Assembly: GCA_021108395.1 (NCBI GenBank)
Contig: JAIOQZ010000032.1
Coordinates: 202,434 to 266,433 of the forward strand
DNA: 64,000 bases
Direction of reading: 5' to 3'
Source: Candidatus Cloacimonadota bacterium
GTDB taxonomy: Bacteria; Cloacimonadota; Cloacimonadia; Cloacimonadales; JAIOQZ01
Numbering within the stretch: the stretch's first letter is position 1; each line of letters starts with the position of its first letter. The translations under genes were made by a program, and so were the position numbers. Shown piece by piece: positions 34,932 to 46,912 of this stretch. The notes beneath the pieces were generated by a model. That model saw only the letters and a program-made list of their open reading frames with translations, searched no databases and was not told where the DNA came from.

Positions 34932-37900
34932 TTATTTGAGCAGTACCGCTTTGCGGATGGCTGTCTTGTCGCCTGCTGTGAGGCGATAGAAATAGACGCC
35001 GCTGGCAGTTGGTGCGCCGCTGTCGTTCCGGCCATCCCACACAATGGCGTGTTCGCCGGCTTTGCGGGGTTCCCGCAGCAGCGTGCGCACGCGCTCGCCC
35101 CGGATGTTATACACCTCGAGGCGGCAGTCGTCGGTGGCGGACGCCAGGCTGAAGGCGATGGTGGTCTCCGGATTGAACGGGTTGGGGTGGTTCTGCCGCA
35201 GCCCGAACACGAGCGGTGGCGTGTCACCCTCGGTGCCAGCGATCTCGAAGGAAACATGGTTCGACTCGGAACTCATGCTGCCACCCACATGCCGCGCTTT
35301 TATCCAGAACTCATATGTGCCCCAGGAGATAATATCTCGCGAGTATGTTGTCTCGGTGGTATAGGCGTGATAGAAGAAGGCATCGCGATAGTGCAGCGTG
35401 ACGTCGAAGTAATCGAGCTCGCGGGGCGTTTCCTGGGTGCGCTGGGCGGCGTTTACCTTGCGTGTGAACAGAGCGTCTTCATACTCCCAGGTGAGCGTGA
35501 TGGACTCACCATCGAGCTCGTATCCGAGATTGTATGGCGCAGAGAGATATTCGAGCGTGGCGTCAATGACGGGCGGATTGTCGTAGGTAACGTTCACGTT
35601 TTCTACGAAGTGCATCGTATAGCCGTCCAGGGTGTAGTTGATATTGAAAATACCCTCGTAGAGCGGCAGTTCGTAGTAACCGGTTTCGTCGGGGTGCACG
35701 GTTTGCCCCTCAGTGGAGATGTTGACCTCTTCCACGTCGCCGTCGCCGCCGTTGAGAGTGACAACACCGGTTACGAGGGCGGGATCGTGACGGATGACGC
35801 TGACATTGATGTCGTCCAGCGCCCAGGTTTGCTCGCTACCGGGTTGGATTGGATTGAGCACGAAGGCGAGTATCCAGTCCTGTTGAAGGCTGCTGGGTGG
35901 TATGTACTCGATTCTCAGATGCTCCGGTTCAGTCATGTCCAGAGTATTAGCGTAAGGAAGGAATATCTGGCCGGTGTTAACCTCTTGTATCACGATGAGA
36001 TAGAAATTCCCGCCACCAATGGAGCGGTGGTTGAAGTCGATGACGAACTTCTGGATGTCCTGAGCCGGCATGATATGCGAGACCAGCAACTGCTGTTGTG
36101 TGGCGTTGCCAATCATCAACGCCTCCTGGCCTGTGCTGCCGGCGAGGTTGTCATTGCCGAGTGAGGCGAGGTACAGATCCCACACTGTATCATCGAAGCC
36201 GTCGTTGAAGTCGTCGAAGATAATCTGCTCGAGGACGCCTACGATGAAGGGGACGGGGGCGCTTTGCTCGTAGTAGTCGTCATGGCTGACGGTGATGACG
36301 ATTTCTATGTGGGTGCCATTCAGCATTCCGTCAGCGGCGCTGATGTCGGTTGTCACCGTGAAGGTCGTGTCTGTGATGGTTCCGAGCGAGACGCTTTCCG
36401 GGTCGAAGCTGATGTCGGGGGAGTCGCACCCGAAACTCACCACCACGTCTGCGAGGTTTTGATAGCTGATTCGCTCGAAGGTGCAGACCATCGTGCCGGT
36501 TTCGCCCGGGGCGAGCTGGTCATCATTGCCGTCGGTGAAGCTGTGGCCGGTGAAGCGGGCGTCGGGAGCGTAGGTGCGCAATTGCAGCACCACTTCGCGT
36601 TCTCCCTGGTCGCTGCTGATGCGCAGCATCAGGTTCAGCAGATGCTCGTTGGGGCAGTTGTTGGCAACGGTGAAGCTGAAATCGTCGGCGCCAAATGCCA
36701 CTTGGTCGAACACCAGGTCGGGGTAGGCGGCGCTGTCTTGCTGCAGCGTGATGTAGGGGTCGTTGGCGATAAGCTGCGCCGACACGCCGGTGGCCGTTTC
36801 GAGGCCGAGATTGCGCAACGAGATATTCAGCTCGATGCTTTCGCCGTTGTCGATAAGCTCGTTATTGTTGCCTGCGCTGTCGTCAATGACGACATCCCCC
36901 AGAACGACATAGACGCCGGCGGGTGGGGCGGGCGGACCGCTCACCATCAGGGCGAGTTCGTTGGCCAGCGGTGTGGCGCCGGGAGCGTAAACGTTGCTGC
37001 ATGTGTATTGCAATCCACGCAGACCGGTGTGGTCGCCCACGCCTACGGTGGCGTACTCGCCGTGGTCGATATTGAAACCCTGATAGGTTCCCTGATCGAC
37101 GTTGGCAATGGTGTCGTATTGGAAAAGAATCTTGCTGTCGCCCAGATAGGTGGCGTTGTATTCCGGGTCGTGAATGATAACCTGGAATGTCTCGATTGAG
37201 TTGTCGTGGCGGTTCAGCATCTCGCTCCACTCGATGATGAAGCGGTGGTTGGCGTCATCATACCAGGTGCACACGCGGCTGTTCGCGTCGATGATGAGGT
37301 CGTCCCAGAAGGGCGCGATGATTGGTCGCGGCACCATCGGGCCGGGGATGGGCCAGTTCATCCACTCGAAGCTGTATCGGTCGCCCGGCATGATGAAGCC
37401 GTTGGATGAGACGCTGATCTGGTCGTAGCCGATTTCATAGAACCGGAAGGTGAACGGCAGATCGACCAGGGCGATGTCGCCGGAGCCTTCGTAGTCATTG
37501 TCAGTCATGGGGTGCACCGTGCCCAGGCCGCCCTGGCCGGGATCGATCTCGACCCAGTCATAGACGGGGGTGTCGATGTATCCGACGTCAGAGCTGTCGT
37601 AAATCCAATATCCGTAGTCGTCGGGGCCGGTCGGTATGTTGTCCAGGCTGGTACCGAATGTCACATCGCGGATGTGCACCACCTGGTAGAATTCAGGCTG
37701 GCTTTCCAGCGTGACGATGAAGGTGAGCGGAGCGCCCGGGACGTAATCGCTGTCCAGGTGGAAGGTGATGTCGCTCGCGCCGGTGGCGGTTTGGCCTGGC
37801 GCGATAGAGCCACCAAAGTCGGTGGTGGCGTTGAGCAGCGTGATGTCAGCCGAGAGGCATTCGACGGTGGCCAGCGGGGACGAGGCTGTCAGAGCGCTGT

Positions 37901-40241
37901 CGTTGGTGAAACTGAGTGAAAGCGTGCCGTCTTCGCTCGGCGCCGGGTCGCTGAAGCTGTGCGTCAGCGTACCGAATACGCGCTCGACCGGCATTTCGAA
38001 CCATGTGCAGTGTGTTTCCCAGGATGTCGTGATGTCGAGATCGAAACGGATGACATGGTCGCCGGGGGTGTCGGTGGCGAGTGTGCCACTGAACGGATCA
38101 GACGCGACAACTGTCTGCCCGGTGGCGAGAGCGCCGAAGCTCGACAGGCTGTCGGTGACGGTAAAATATGGGTCGCTGGTGCGAACCGTCGCCAAAGCGC
38201 CCGGCAGGGCGTTGGCGCCATCGTTGTGCAGATTGAGCAGCACATCGTGGTCGCCGGCCCAGAAGGTGCCGCCAACGGTGTATCCGGCGAAGGAGAGGAA
38301 GTCGTCTTCCTGTGCTACGGTAATCTCGCCCAGCCAGGGTACGCAGTCCGGCTTGCCGGCGGTCAGCAGCGCCTCGCCGGCGGTAGCTGCGTCGAAGAAG
38401 AGCACGGCTGCGCCGTCGGGGCCTGTCCATGCCGAGGCGACTGCATCATCGCTGCGGGCTGTTACCCACACATCGTTCACGGGCTGGCCGTCGATGTCAA
38501 TGACAACTACCTCGAATGCGGTGCTGCCCAGCGGGATGGTGGCGGGAGCGCTCACGAAGAGAGAATCTGCGGAGCGAGTGCGCAGCCAGGTACCTGGGTC
38601 GCCCAGGAAGCTCTTGCCGATGGTGTACCAGTCAACGAACTCGTTGGGATTGCTTGGATAGGCTTCATAGAGCGCGAGCTTGCCGCGATTGAGCGCGGCG
38701 GCGAAGCTGCGCATACCTTCTACATAGATGCTCTGTGCGATACCGCCGGTGATGATGTTGTTGAAGCAGGTGTGCGTGGCGCTCGAAGACCCAATAACAC
38801 CCACCGCGCCGATGCGCTGCGACGGGGTACCGGCTTTCAAGAACACCTCGACATCGCAGTCGTTGCCGTTGGCGAAGTCGCCCGTGTAGCAGGTGAGGGC
38901 GCTCATGAAGGGCGTCATGTCATAGTTGACCAGGTCGTGCGTGTACTGGGAAGTCCAGTTCGAGAAGTTGCCGAATCCGCGATAGAAGTAGGCGCCGACG
39001 CCCGTGTTCAGCTCATTCCTGATGCGGTTCACCAGCGGATGCGCGAGGACCAGCGGATACTCGCCGCCTGGGTTATAGTCTTCCAGCAGACCCAGGATGT
39101 AGAGCATCGTGGTGATGGTGGAAGAGCCTGAATCATACGGGTCGGCCAGAAGCAGGGCGCGGTCGAGCCAGGGATTGTCGGTCGGCGGATCGATCTCATA
39201 GTGCAGAATCTTCATGACGATGGTCTGAAGCTGCGTGAGACTGCTGAAGGTGAGGCGGCCGATGAGAATTTCGGGGAAGACATCGTCGCCGTCGAGCAGA
39301 GTGTATGGGTGATCACCATAAACGGTCTCTCCCGTGTAGGACTCATAGAACGTGGGCACGGTGTAATTCATAGAGCCGTCGCCGACCAGACAGACAAACT
39401 CCGGCGGGTTCGACCATGTATCGTAGGCGGTCTGGAGAAAGCCCTTGATGGCGATGTTCGACGTACCGATGCTGTCCATGCTTATCAGGTGCACCTCGTA
39501 GCCCTGGCGCTGGCGCCAGTCGAGCAGCGGCTGCAGCCAGGTGACGACTCCCGCGTCCCCGTTGTATATGTAGATATAGCTGCCGGGGTTGTTGTATGAG
39601 CGGCTGGCGGGAAGTGGATTGACGATAACGGCGTCGAGCAGTTCAGTGAAGGCCTGCGAGCTTCGCCCGCTCACCTTTGGCTGTGCGCCGCGGCCAGCAT
39701 AAGTATATCTGAGCGTGAGCTGCATCCGCCGGGCCACATGCAGTTCGCGGGTGGCGGCGCGATAGCGGAACGGCTGTACGGTGATGCGCACCAGCGCGGC
39801 TTCTCGCATTATCCCAGGTTCGCCCACTGTAGCCAGCTCGACGGGCAACAGATCTGTTGATGTGTAGGCGGAATCATCGAAAGGGTAGTCGTTGTTGCCG
39901 CTCTTGATGGCATCGAGATCGCGGCAGGGCAGCAGCAGCACGTCGTTCAGCGTCTCCTCATCGAGGATGTCCAGCGTCAGCTCGACCGAGGCGCCCGCCG
40001 GGATGCGCACAAGACGCGAGAAGAGCGGCACATCGGGCTGGCCGGGCAGTCCGGCGCCATATGGCGGGTAGTCCTCACCCAGGTCGATGCGCATACCCTG
40101 TGTCTCCGGGGTGAGCTTGAATGCCGGCGTGGTGAATTCGATTGTGGTTGCGGTGTCGGTGTCATCGAGGCAAGTGAAGAGAGAGGCTGCCCCCAGAGTG
40201 GCCATTAAGGCCAGGATTACGACAGTCATGCAGATTTTCAT
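34932..40241 (-). CDS. Peptidase C25 (gingipain)-like giant surface protein with a T9SS C-terminal sorting domain
   Basis: Signal peptide. C25 blocks EFVCLVGDG, VYGDHPYTLLDGDDVFPEILIGRL, FYRGFGNFSNW, MSALTCYTGDF, LGDPGTWLR. Long Ig-like/lectin-like middle region. C-terminal NHPNPFNPETTIAFSL..EVYNIRGERV..GVYFYRLTAGDKTAIRKAVLLK. Confidence 0.9.
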   Translation of the reverse strand: MKICMTVVILALMATLGAASLFTCLDDTDTATTIEFTTPAFKLTPETQGMRIDLGEDYPPYGAGLPGQPDVPLFSRLVRIPAGASVELTLDILDEETLNDVLLLPCRDLDAIKSGNNDYPFDDSAYTSTDLLPVELATVGEPGIMREAALVRITVQPFRYRAATRELHVARRMQLTLRYTYAGRGAQPKVSGRSSQAFTELLDAVIVNPLPASRSYNNPGSYIYIYNGDAGVVTWLQPLLDWRQRQGYEVHLISMDSIGTSNIAIKGFLQTAYDTWSNPPEFVCLVGDGSMNYTVPTFYESYTGETVYGDHPYTLLDGDDVFPEILIGRLTFSSLTQLQTIVMKILHYEIDPPTDNPWLDRALLLADPYDSGSSTITTMLYILGLLEDYNPGGEYPLVLAHPLVNRIRNELNTGVGAYFYRGFGNFSNWTSQYTHDLVNYDMTPFMSALTCYTGDFANGNDCDVEVFLKAGTPSQRIGAVGVIGSSSATHTCFNNIITGGIAQSIYVEGMRSFAAALNRGKLALYEAYPSNPNEFVDWYTIGKSFLGDPGTWLRTRSADSLFVSAPATIPLGSTAFEVVVIDIDGQPVNDVWVTARSDDAVASAWTGPDGAAVLFFDAATAGEALLTAGKPDCVPWLGEITVAQEDDFLSFAGYTVGGTFWAGDHDVLLNLHNDGANALPGALATVRTSDPYFTVTDSLSSFGALATGQTVVASDPFSGTLATDTPGDHVIRFDLDITTSWETHCTWFEMPVERVFGTLTHSFSDPAPSEDGTLSLSFTNDSALTASSPLATVECLSADITLLNATTDFGGSIAPGQTATGASDITFHLDSDYVPGAPLTFIVTLESQPEFYQVVHIRDVTFGTSLDNIPTGPDDYGYWIYDSSDVGYIDTPVYDWVEIDPGQGGLGTVHPMTDNDYEGSGDIALVDLPFTFRFYEIGYDQISVSSNGFIMPGDRYSFEWMNWPIPGPMVPRPIIAPFWDDLIIDANSRVCTWYDDANHRFIIEWSEMLNRHDNSIETFQVIIHDPEYNATYLGDSKILFQYDTIANVDQGTYQGFNIDHGEYATVGVGDHTGLRGLQYTCSNVYAPGATPLANELALMVSGPPAPPAGVYVVLGDVVIDDSAGNNNELIDNGESIELNISLRNLGLETATGVSAQLIANDPYITLQQDSAAYPDLVFDQVAFGADDFSFTVANNCPNEHLLNLMLRISSDQGEREVVLQLRTYAPDARFTGHSFTDGNDDQLAPGETGTMVCTFERISYQNLADVVVSFGCDSPDISFDPESVSLGTITDTTFTVTTDISAADGMLNGTHIEIVITVSHDDYYEQSAPVPFIVGVLEQIIFDDFNDGFDDTVWDLYLASLGNDNLAGSTGQEALMIGNATQQQLLVSHIMPAQDIQKFVIDFNHRSIGGGNFYLIVIQEVNTGQIFLPYANTLDMTEPEHLRIEYIPPSSLQQDWILAFVLNPIQPGSEQTWALDDINVSVIRHDPALVTGVVTLNGGDGDVEEVNISTEGQTVHPDETGYYELPLYEGIFNINYTLDGYTMHFVENVNVTYDNPPVIDATLEYLSAPYNLGYELDGESITLTWEYEDALFTRKVNAAQRTQETPRELDYFDVTLHYRDAFFYHAYTTETTYSRDIISWGTYEFWIKARHVGGSMSSESNHVSFEIAGTEGDTPPLVFGLRQNHPNPFNPETTIAFSLASATDDCRLEVYNIRGERVRTLLREPRKAGEHAIVWDGRNDSGAPTASGVYFYRLTAGDKTAIRKAVLLK

Positions 40242-40370
40242 GAAAGCTCCTTAGGGAATAACGTAATTATAACATTTTAGGGGGGTGAATCCCATTTTGC
40301 ACAAGCAATCCATCGCGTCAACTTCTTTATTCCGGCTTTTCAGATACAAGAATTATTCCAATCCGGGCGC

Positions 40371-40399
40371 AAAAAAACGCCCGAGTTTGCCCGGGCGTG
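40371..40399 (-). terminator. Intrinsic terminator of the TPR lipoprotein gene
   Basis: The minus strand reads cacgcccgggcaaactcgggcg followed by ttttttt. Confidence 0.75.
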
Positions 40400-40418
40400 A
40401 AATATATGCTTGCTGCGG

Positions 40419-41018
40419 TTAGCCGTTCAGCAGCTCCTGTGCTCTGGTCGAGCCCATGTTAACACCCTGCTGGTAATAGCCGTTTGCTTTGCTCCTGTCG
40501 CCTTTGGCTTCATGGCATTGCCCCAGAAAGATGATTGCCTGCACGTTGTCCGGTTCGCGCCGAGTGATCTGCTCGAAGTAATACAGCGCCATGTCATACT
40601 GGCCGGTTTCCAGGTAGGAAATCGCCAGGGGGTAGTGGGCGTCGAACAGTTTCGGATTGAACTCGAGCGCTTTCAGGAAATGCCCGATAGCTTCCTGGTG
40701 ACAGGCTTGAATCCGGTTGTCGATGGCCAGCAGGGAATCTCTGTCAACTGTCACCTCGCTGTTATCGACGGATGACAAAGCGCAGTATTGAGTGCGCTGG
40801 ATGAGCAGCATGTTGGTTTCCCTGTTCTTGTTGCGTCCCAGCAAATAATGCAACTGAGCGTTCTCCGGTTCTTTATCGAGAGCTTTTTCATAGTATTCTT
40901 CGGCTTTGTCTGGGTAGTTGTTGGCCTCATACCACTGGCCGTTTTCGATCATCTGTTTGGGTGATGAGCATCCAGCCAGCAACACAGTGACAATGAACAG
41001 AAGCGCAAATGTTCTCAT
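40419..41018 (-). CDS. Tetratricopeptide-repeat lipoprotein
   Basis: LLFIVTVLLAGC lipobox. Several TPR units (AEEYYEKALDKEPENAQLHYLLG, AIGHFLKALEFNPKLFDAHYPLA, ALYYFEQITRREPDNVQAIIFLG). Confidence 0.85.
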   Translation of the reverse strand: MRTFALLFIVTVLLAGCSSPKQMIENGQWYEANNYPDKAEEYYEKALDKEPENAQLHYLLGRNKNRETNMLLIQRTQYCALSSVDNSEVTVDRDSLLAIDNRIQACHQEAIGHFLKALEFNPKLFDAHYPLAISYLETGQYDMALYYFEQITRREPDNVQAIIFLGQCHEAKGDRSKANGYYQQGVNMGSTRAQELLNG

Positions 41019-41045
41019 ATATCCTCCCTGAGCAGATTTGAGTGT

Positions 41046-42143
41046 TCAATCTATGGGCAGCCCTTTTGTTCCGTCAAGAACTTCTTGCCCACACGGTTTT
41101 GCCATCGGCTGCGCCAGCGCCTGGCGAGTATCCCGCTCCGACTGTTCGAGATGCGAGCGCAGGGGGTCTTTCTCCATATCCGTTGCGAACGAGGTGGGGA
41201 GGATGGCGTAGCGCCAGCTGCCGTCTGTGCGCCTGCGACGGTGCACCCAGGTGGGCAGTGTGTCCACAGCGGCAAGGCGCAACCCGTCCGCGCTCTTTTG
41301 CAGCGTCAATACGAGGATGACGCCGTCCTCGGTCCAGCGAACGCCGGGGTTGCCCTCCCGTTGCGCCGAGATGAAATTGCCCAGCGAGTAGGCGACAAGT
41401 CCGCGCTCATCGTGGCGCAATGGCTGGATGACGTGCGGGTGGCTGCCGATAATCGCATCTGCGCCCCAGGCCAGCAGACTGTCGGCCAGGGTAACCTGCT
41501 CGGCGCTGGGACGGCGGCGGTATTCGACGCCCCAGTGCAGCATCACGATGCGGTAGTCGGCGACAGCGGCGGCGAGATCGGCGCGGATGCGTTCTGCATC
41601 GAGCATCGCGGGCGCCACGTCGCCTTTCGCTGCAAGGTTGCTGCCGTAGGTGTATGCCGCCAACCATATCCACGCGCCGTTCACTTCGACCACCAGGGGC
41701 TGGCGGCCATCCACCCCGATGGTGTGAAGCCTGCGCTCTGCGGTGGCCGCCAGCGTCTGTTCGAGGCCTGCGCCGCCCTGGTCGCACGAGTGGTTGTTGG
41801 CCAGGCTCAGCACATCGAACCCGGCGTCTGCGAGGGCGTCCAGCAGCGACACGGGTGCGTTGAAGCGCGGGTAGCCTGTGGGCGGCGACGTTGCGCACAC
41901 GGTCTCCAGATTGCCGATTGCGAGGTCGGCGGCAGACAGGATGGGCGCCACCTGCCGGAACGACGGCCCGAAGTCGTAGTCGCCCGAGGCAGTGAGCGCC
42001 CCGGATATCTGGCTGGCGTGCACCATGATGTCGCCAACGAACGCGAGCCTCAGCGTGTCACCAGCGGCTACTGTTTTTGTTGGCGCATCGATGGCAAATA
42101 GCAGAGTGGACATCATCAGCAATAACAGGACAGTGAGCAGTCG
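41046..42143 (-). CDS. CapA-family (PGA_cap) protein, paralogue 2
   Basis: LAFVGDIMVH, IGNLETV, SLANNHSCDQG, MLHWGVEY, IIGSHPHVIQP, YSLGNFIS. ATG 42143 (MRLLTVLLLLMMSTLLFA signal) is preferred over the listed 42209. Confidence 0.85.
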   Translation of the reverse strand, partial: RLLTVLLLLMMSTLLFAIDAPTKTVAAGDTLRLAFVGDIMVHASQISGALTASGDYDFGPSFRQVAPILSAADLAIGNLETVCATSPPTGYPRFNAPVSLLDALADAGFDVLSLANNHSCDQGGAGLEQTLAATAERRLHTIGVDGRQPLVVEVNGAWIWLAAYTYGSNLAAKGDVAPAMLDAERIRADLAAAVADYRIVMLHWGVEYRRRPSAEQVTLADSLLAWGADAIIGSHPHVIQPLRHDERGLVAYSLGNFISAQREGNPGVRWTEDGVILVLTLQKSADGLRLAAVDTLPTWVHRRRRTDGSWRYAILPTSFATDMEKDPLRSHLEQSERDTRQALAQPMAKPCGQEVLDGTKGLPID

Positions 42144-42231
42144 CATAGTTACCTCGCACAGAATTTGCTTGACGAATTTGCGGGATATTCCGGTTCTATG
42201 TCCAGTCATTTATCTACAGAAGGAGTTACCC

Positions 42232-42408
42232 ATGGGTAAGACACATCGCGGAAAAGGTTTGCTGGCCGAGCATTCCGACAAGGCGCGCGGCATTTGCCCC
42301 ATCTGCGGCCGCACCGGCGTCAAGCTTCTGCACGAAGTGAAAGACGGCGACACCAAGATCATGGTGTGCAAGCTCTGTCGCAAGCGCACTCCGGCCAAAG
42401 CGGAATAA
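42232..42408 (+). CDS. Small zinc-ribbon protein (58 aa, hypothetical)
   Basis: MGKTHRGKGLLAEHSDKARGICPICGRTGVKLLHEVKDGDTKIMVCKLCRKRTPAKAE has CxxC..CxxC. SD GAAGGAG sits 7 nt upstream. It is in frame within the longer listed ORF 41992-42408. Confidence 0.65.
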   Translation: MGKTHRGKGLLAEHSDKARGICPICGRTGVKLLHEVKDGDTKIMVCKLCRKRTPAKAE

Positions 42409-42430
42409 CCACGAACGCCGAGTAATATTG

Positions 42431-42459
42431 AAGCTGCTCCCGATGGGGCGGCTTTTTTT
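42431..42459 (+). terminator. Probable intrinsic terminator
   Basis: An imperfect stem aagctgctccc / ggggcggctt followed by a T7 run. Confidence 0.55.
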
Positions 42460-42629
42460 GTTGGCAAACAGTGTTTAGGCCGGTTTTTCCTCACAAGCGA
42501 GCAAGCCATTACGGCTTATATTTGTGGGCTTACTCCTTTGGTTGCACAGCCATGCGGAAAAAGACATGAAACGGGCAAAAAAAGAGTTGACGTTCTGCGT
42601 ATGAGTCCCCAAAATGCCTCTATTCATAA

Positions 42630-44564
<1,935 letters not shown>

Positions 44565-44608
44565 CAACGTTGATGCACTGTTGTGAAATGTTTTGTTGGA
44601 GGTGAGAT

Positions 44609-46912
44609 ATGAGAAAGAAAAGATCCGAATCAAGGTCACGATATTTTATTCGAGATCAATCTGAGAAAAGGGGGTGGAATCTACAACATCCTGCGCGAAA
44701 TGGAGATTGTTTAGAAGAACAAGAGATTGTTGATTTTTTTCCTGATATCGGACTGGGGCTTGGCCGCCCCGATTTCTTGCTATGCAGAAATGGTTTACCC
44801 GCGTTAGTTATCGAAGCAAAAAATGAAGCTGGTAAAATTGAAAAAGCAATCAATGAAGCGATAGATTACGCGAACACAATCAACACGGCAGGAAATTACA
44901 CAATCAAGATAGCAGTTGGGGCTGCAGGGGAAGAAAATCATGGATTTGTTGTGGAAGTGCGATACTTGCAGGATAATTTGTGGAAACCACTTAAATACAA
45001 CGGTTATGAGATAACAACGATCCCCTCTAAAAGAGAGGTTGATAGAGCTTTGCTTGCTGATGACGCTACAACAAGTGTAGAACCACCGTCGGTTGAAGAA
45101 TTCATTGCTACAGCAATCGAATTAAGTAAAATCCTGCGATTATCGAAAATAGAGGCATCCCTTAGGCCAAAAGTTATTGGGGCTCTAACTCTCGCTATGT
45201 ATCAAGGGGATATTAATACAAGAAGCGAAAGGTCTCTACATAGTATTAACAAACTTTTAGAGGATGCTATTAATGGATTAGTAGATTTAACTGACGAAAA
45301 ACGAGATAGACTCTCTGAATCTCTCAGGCTTCCGAGTGCCGATTATGATAGGCTTAGTTCTTATATTGCTAAAATAGTGCATTTGCTTCGAGGTTTGAAT
45401 ATCTGTGCCGTGCTTCAAACTGACACTGATTTCCTTGGTTTATTTTACGAAGCATTTCTTCGTTATGGATATGATAATAAAGCACTTGGTATCGTTTTCA
45501 CGCCAAGGCATATCACAAATTTCTGTTCTGAACTTGTCAGTGTGAAACCGACAGACAAAGTGATTGATATTGCATGTGGCACAGGTGGTTTTCTTGTTGC
45601 AGCTTTCGACAGAATGATGGCTGCTGCTCATGGGCCTAAAGCAATACTGAAAGTGAAGAAGAGTCTTTGTGGTTTTGATACAAACCCAACAATATGGGCA
45701 TTGGCAACTCTCAATATGTTTTTTCGAGGTGACGGTAAAACGCACATAGAATATCAAAGTTGTTTTAATGAACAATCAAAGAAGGCAGTTGCTGATTCTT
45801 TTACGAAAGCATTTCTGAATCCACCATTTTCACAGGAAGGTGAGCCGGAGCGAGACTTCATTGATGCATCTATGCAGGCCTTAGAGCCAGAAGGTATTCT
45901 CGTTTCGGTTGTAAAGGCGGGTATTTTTGCAGATGATGAGCATAAAAAATGGAGAAAAGAATTTACGCGAAATCATACCATTCTTGGAATGATAAGTCTC
46001 CCTGAAGATCTTTTTTATCCAACGGCTGCCCAAACTACGATATTAATTGCATTGGCTCATGTTCCACATCCCACTGACGGAAGAATCTTTATGGCCAGAA
46101 TATGGAATGATGGATTTGAGAAATTGAAAGGAAAACGAGTGCAAGTTGAAGGTAGTCAATTGCATTCAACAGTGGAGGCTTTTCATAAAGCAATGGCGGG
46201 AGATTGTGTAGAAAGTGTTAATGCCGTTACAGTTTCATCAGAATTAGTTGTTAGTGGAAATGAATGGAGTCCTCAGCAGTGGCTACCTCAACAAGAAGAG
46301 TCAGAAATGGGGATGGAAAAATTGAAAAAAGATGTTCGCATTTCGATATTCAGGGCTGTTACGATGTTGCCAGAACTTGCTGATTGCGTTATAGGTGGTT
46401 TTAGTGAATCATGGGAAAATAATGGGAAACTTGAGCTTGATAAATCAGAAGCTGTAAGTTACTTTTTTCATGTAATAAATGGAAAATCTAGAGGAGAAAA
46501 AAACTATCGAGAAGGCTCAATCCCCTATATATCTAGTGGTGACACCTCAAACAGTATTATTAGAACAATTGACCCAGAAGACGGTGAGGTTTTTGAGAGT
46601 GGTGGTATTACTGTTACAGCTTTTGGGCAAGCGTATATGCAACCTTGGGCATTCATGGCAAGGGGTAATGGTGGCAGTGCGGTTCGTGTCCTGATTCCTA
46701 AATTCGACATGACAGTAAATGATCTGATCTGGTTTGCAGCTCAGATAAATTCACAGAAATGGCGTTTCTTTTATGCTCGGATGGCAATTAAATCTCGCCT
46801 TCAGAGACTAGTAGTAACTAGCCCACATAGCAGATTGAAGGATAGCGGAAAGAAAATTGAAAACAGAGTGCGTGAATTTAAAAAACTACTATACAAACTT
46901 AGTGAAACATGA
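44609..46912 (+). CDS. Single-polypeptide restriction-modification enzyme (type IIG-like: HsdR-N-type nuclease, gamma-class N6-adenine methyltransferase, HsdS-like target-recognition region)
   Basis: N-terminus RPD(55)FLLCRNGLPALVIE(69)AK(71)NE. Methyltransferase motif I VIDIACGTGGFLVAAF and motif IV NPPF. The C-terminal ~230 aa resemble half of an HsdS subunit (GKSRGEKNYREGSIPYISSGD). SD GGAGGTGAG. Strongly AT-rich compared with gyrB and gyrA. Confidence 0.8.
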   Translation: MRKKRSESRSRYFIRDQSEKRGWNLQHPARNGDCLEEQEIVDFFPDIGLGLGRPDFLLCRNGLPALVIEAKNEAGKIEKAINEAIDYANTINTAGNYTIKIAVGAAGEENHGFVVEVRYLQDNLWKPLKYNGYEITTIPSKREVDRALLADDATTSVEPPSVEEFIATAIELSKILRLSKIEASLRPKVIGALTLAMYQGDINTRSERSLHSINKLLEDAINGLVDLTDEKRDRLSESLRLPSADYDRLSSYIAKIVHLLRGLNICAVLQTDTDFLGLFYEAFLRYGYDNKALGIVFTPRHITNFCSELVSVKPTDKVIDIACGTGGFLVAAFDRMMAAAHGPKAILKVKKSLCGFDTNPTIWALATLNMFFRGDGKTHIEYQSCFNEQSKKAVADSFTKAFLNPPFSQEGEPERDFIDASMQALEPEGILVSVVKAGIFADDEHKKWRKEFTRNHTILGMISLPEDLFYPTAAQTTILIALAHVPHPTDGRIFMARIWNDGFEKLKGKRVQVEGSQLHSTVEAFHKAMAGDCVESVNAVTVSSELVVSGNEWSPQQWLPQQEESEMGMEKLKKDVRISIFRAVTMLPELADCVIGGFSESWENNGKLELDKSEAVSYFFHVINGKSRGEKNYREGSIPYISSGDTSNSIIRTIDPEDGEVFESGGITVTAFGQAYMQPWAFMARGNGGSAVRVLIPKFDMTVNDLIWFAAQINSQKWRFFYARMAIKSRLQRLVVTSPHSRLKDSGKKIENRVREFKKLLYKLSET

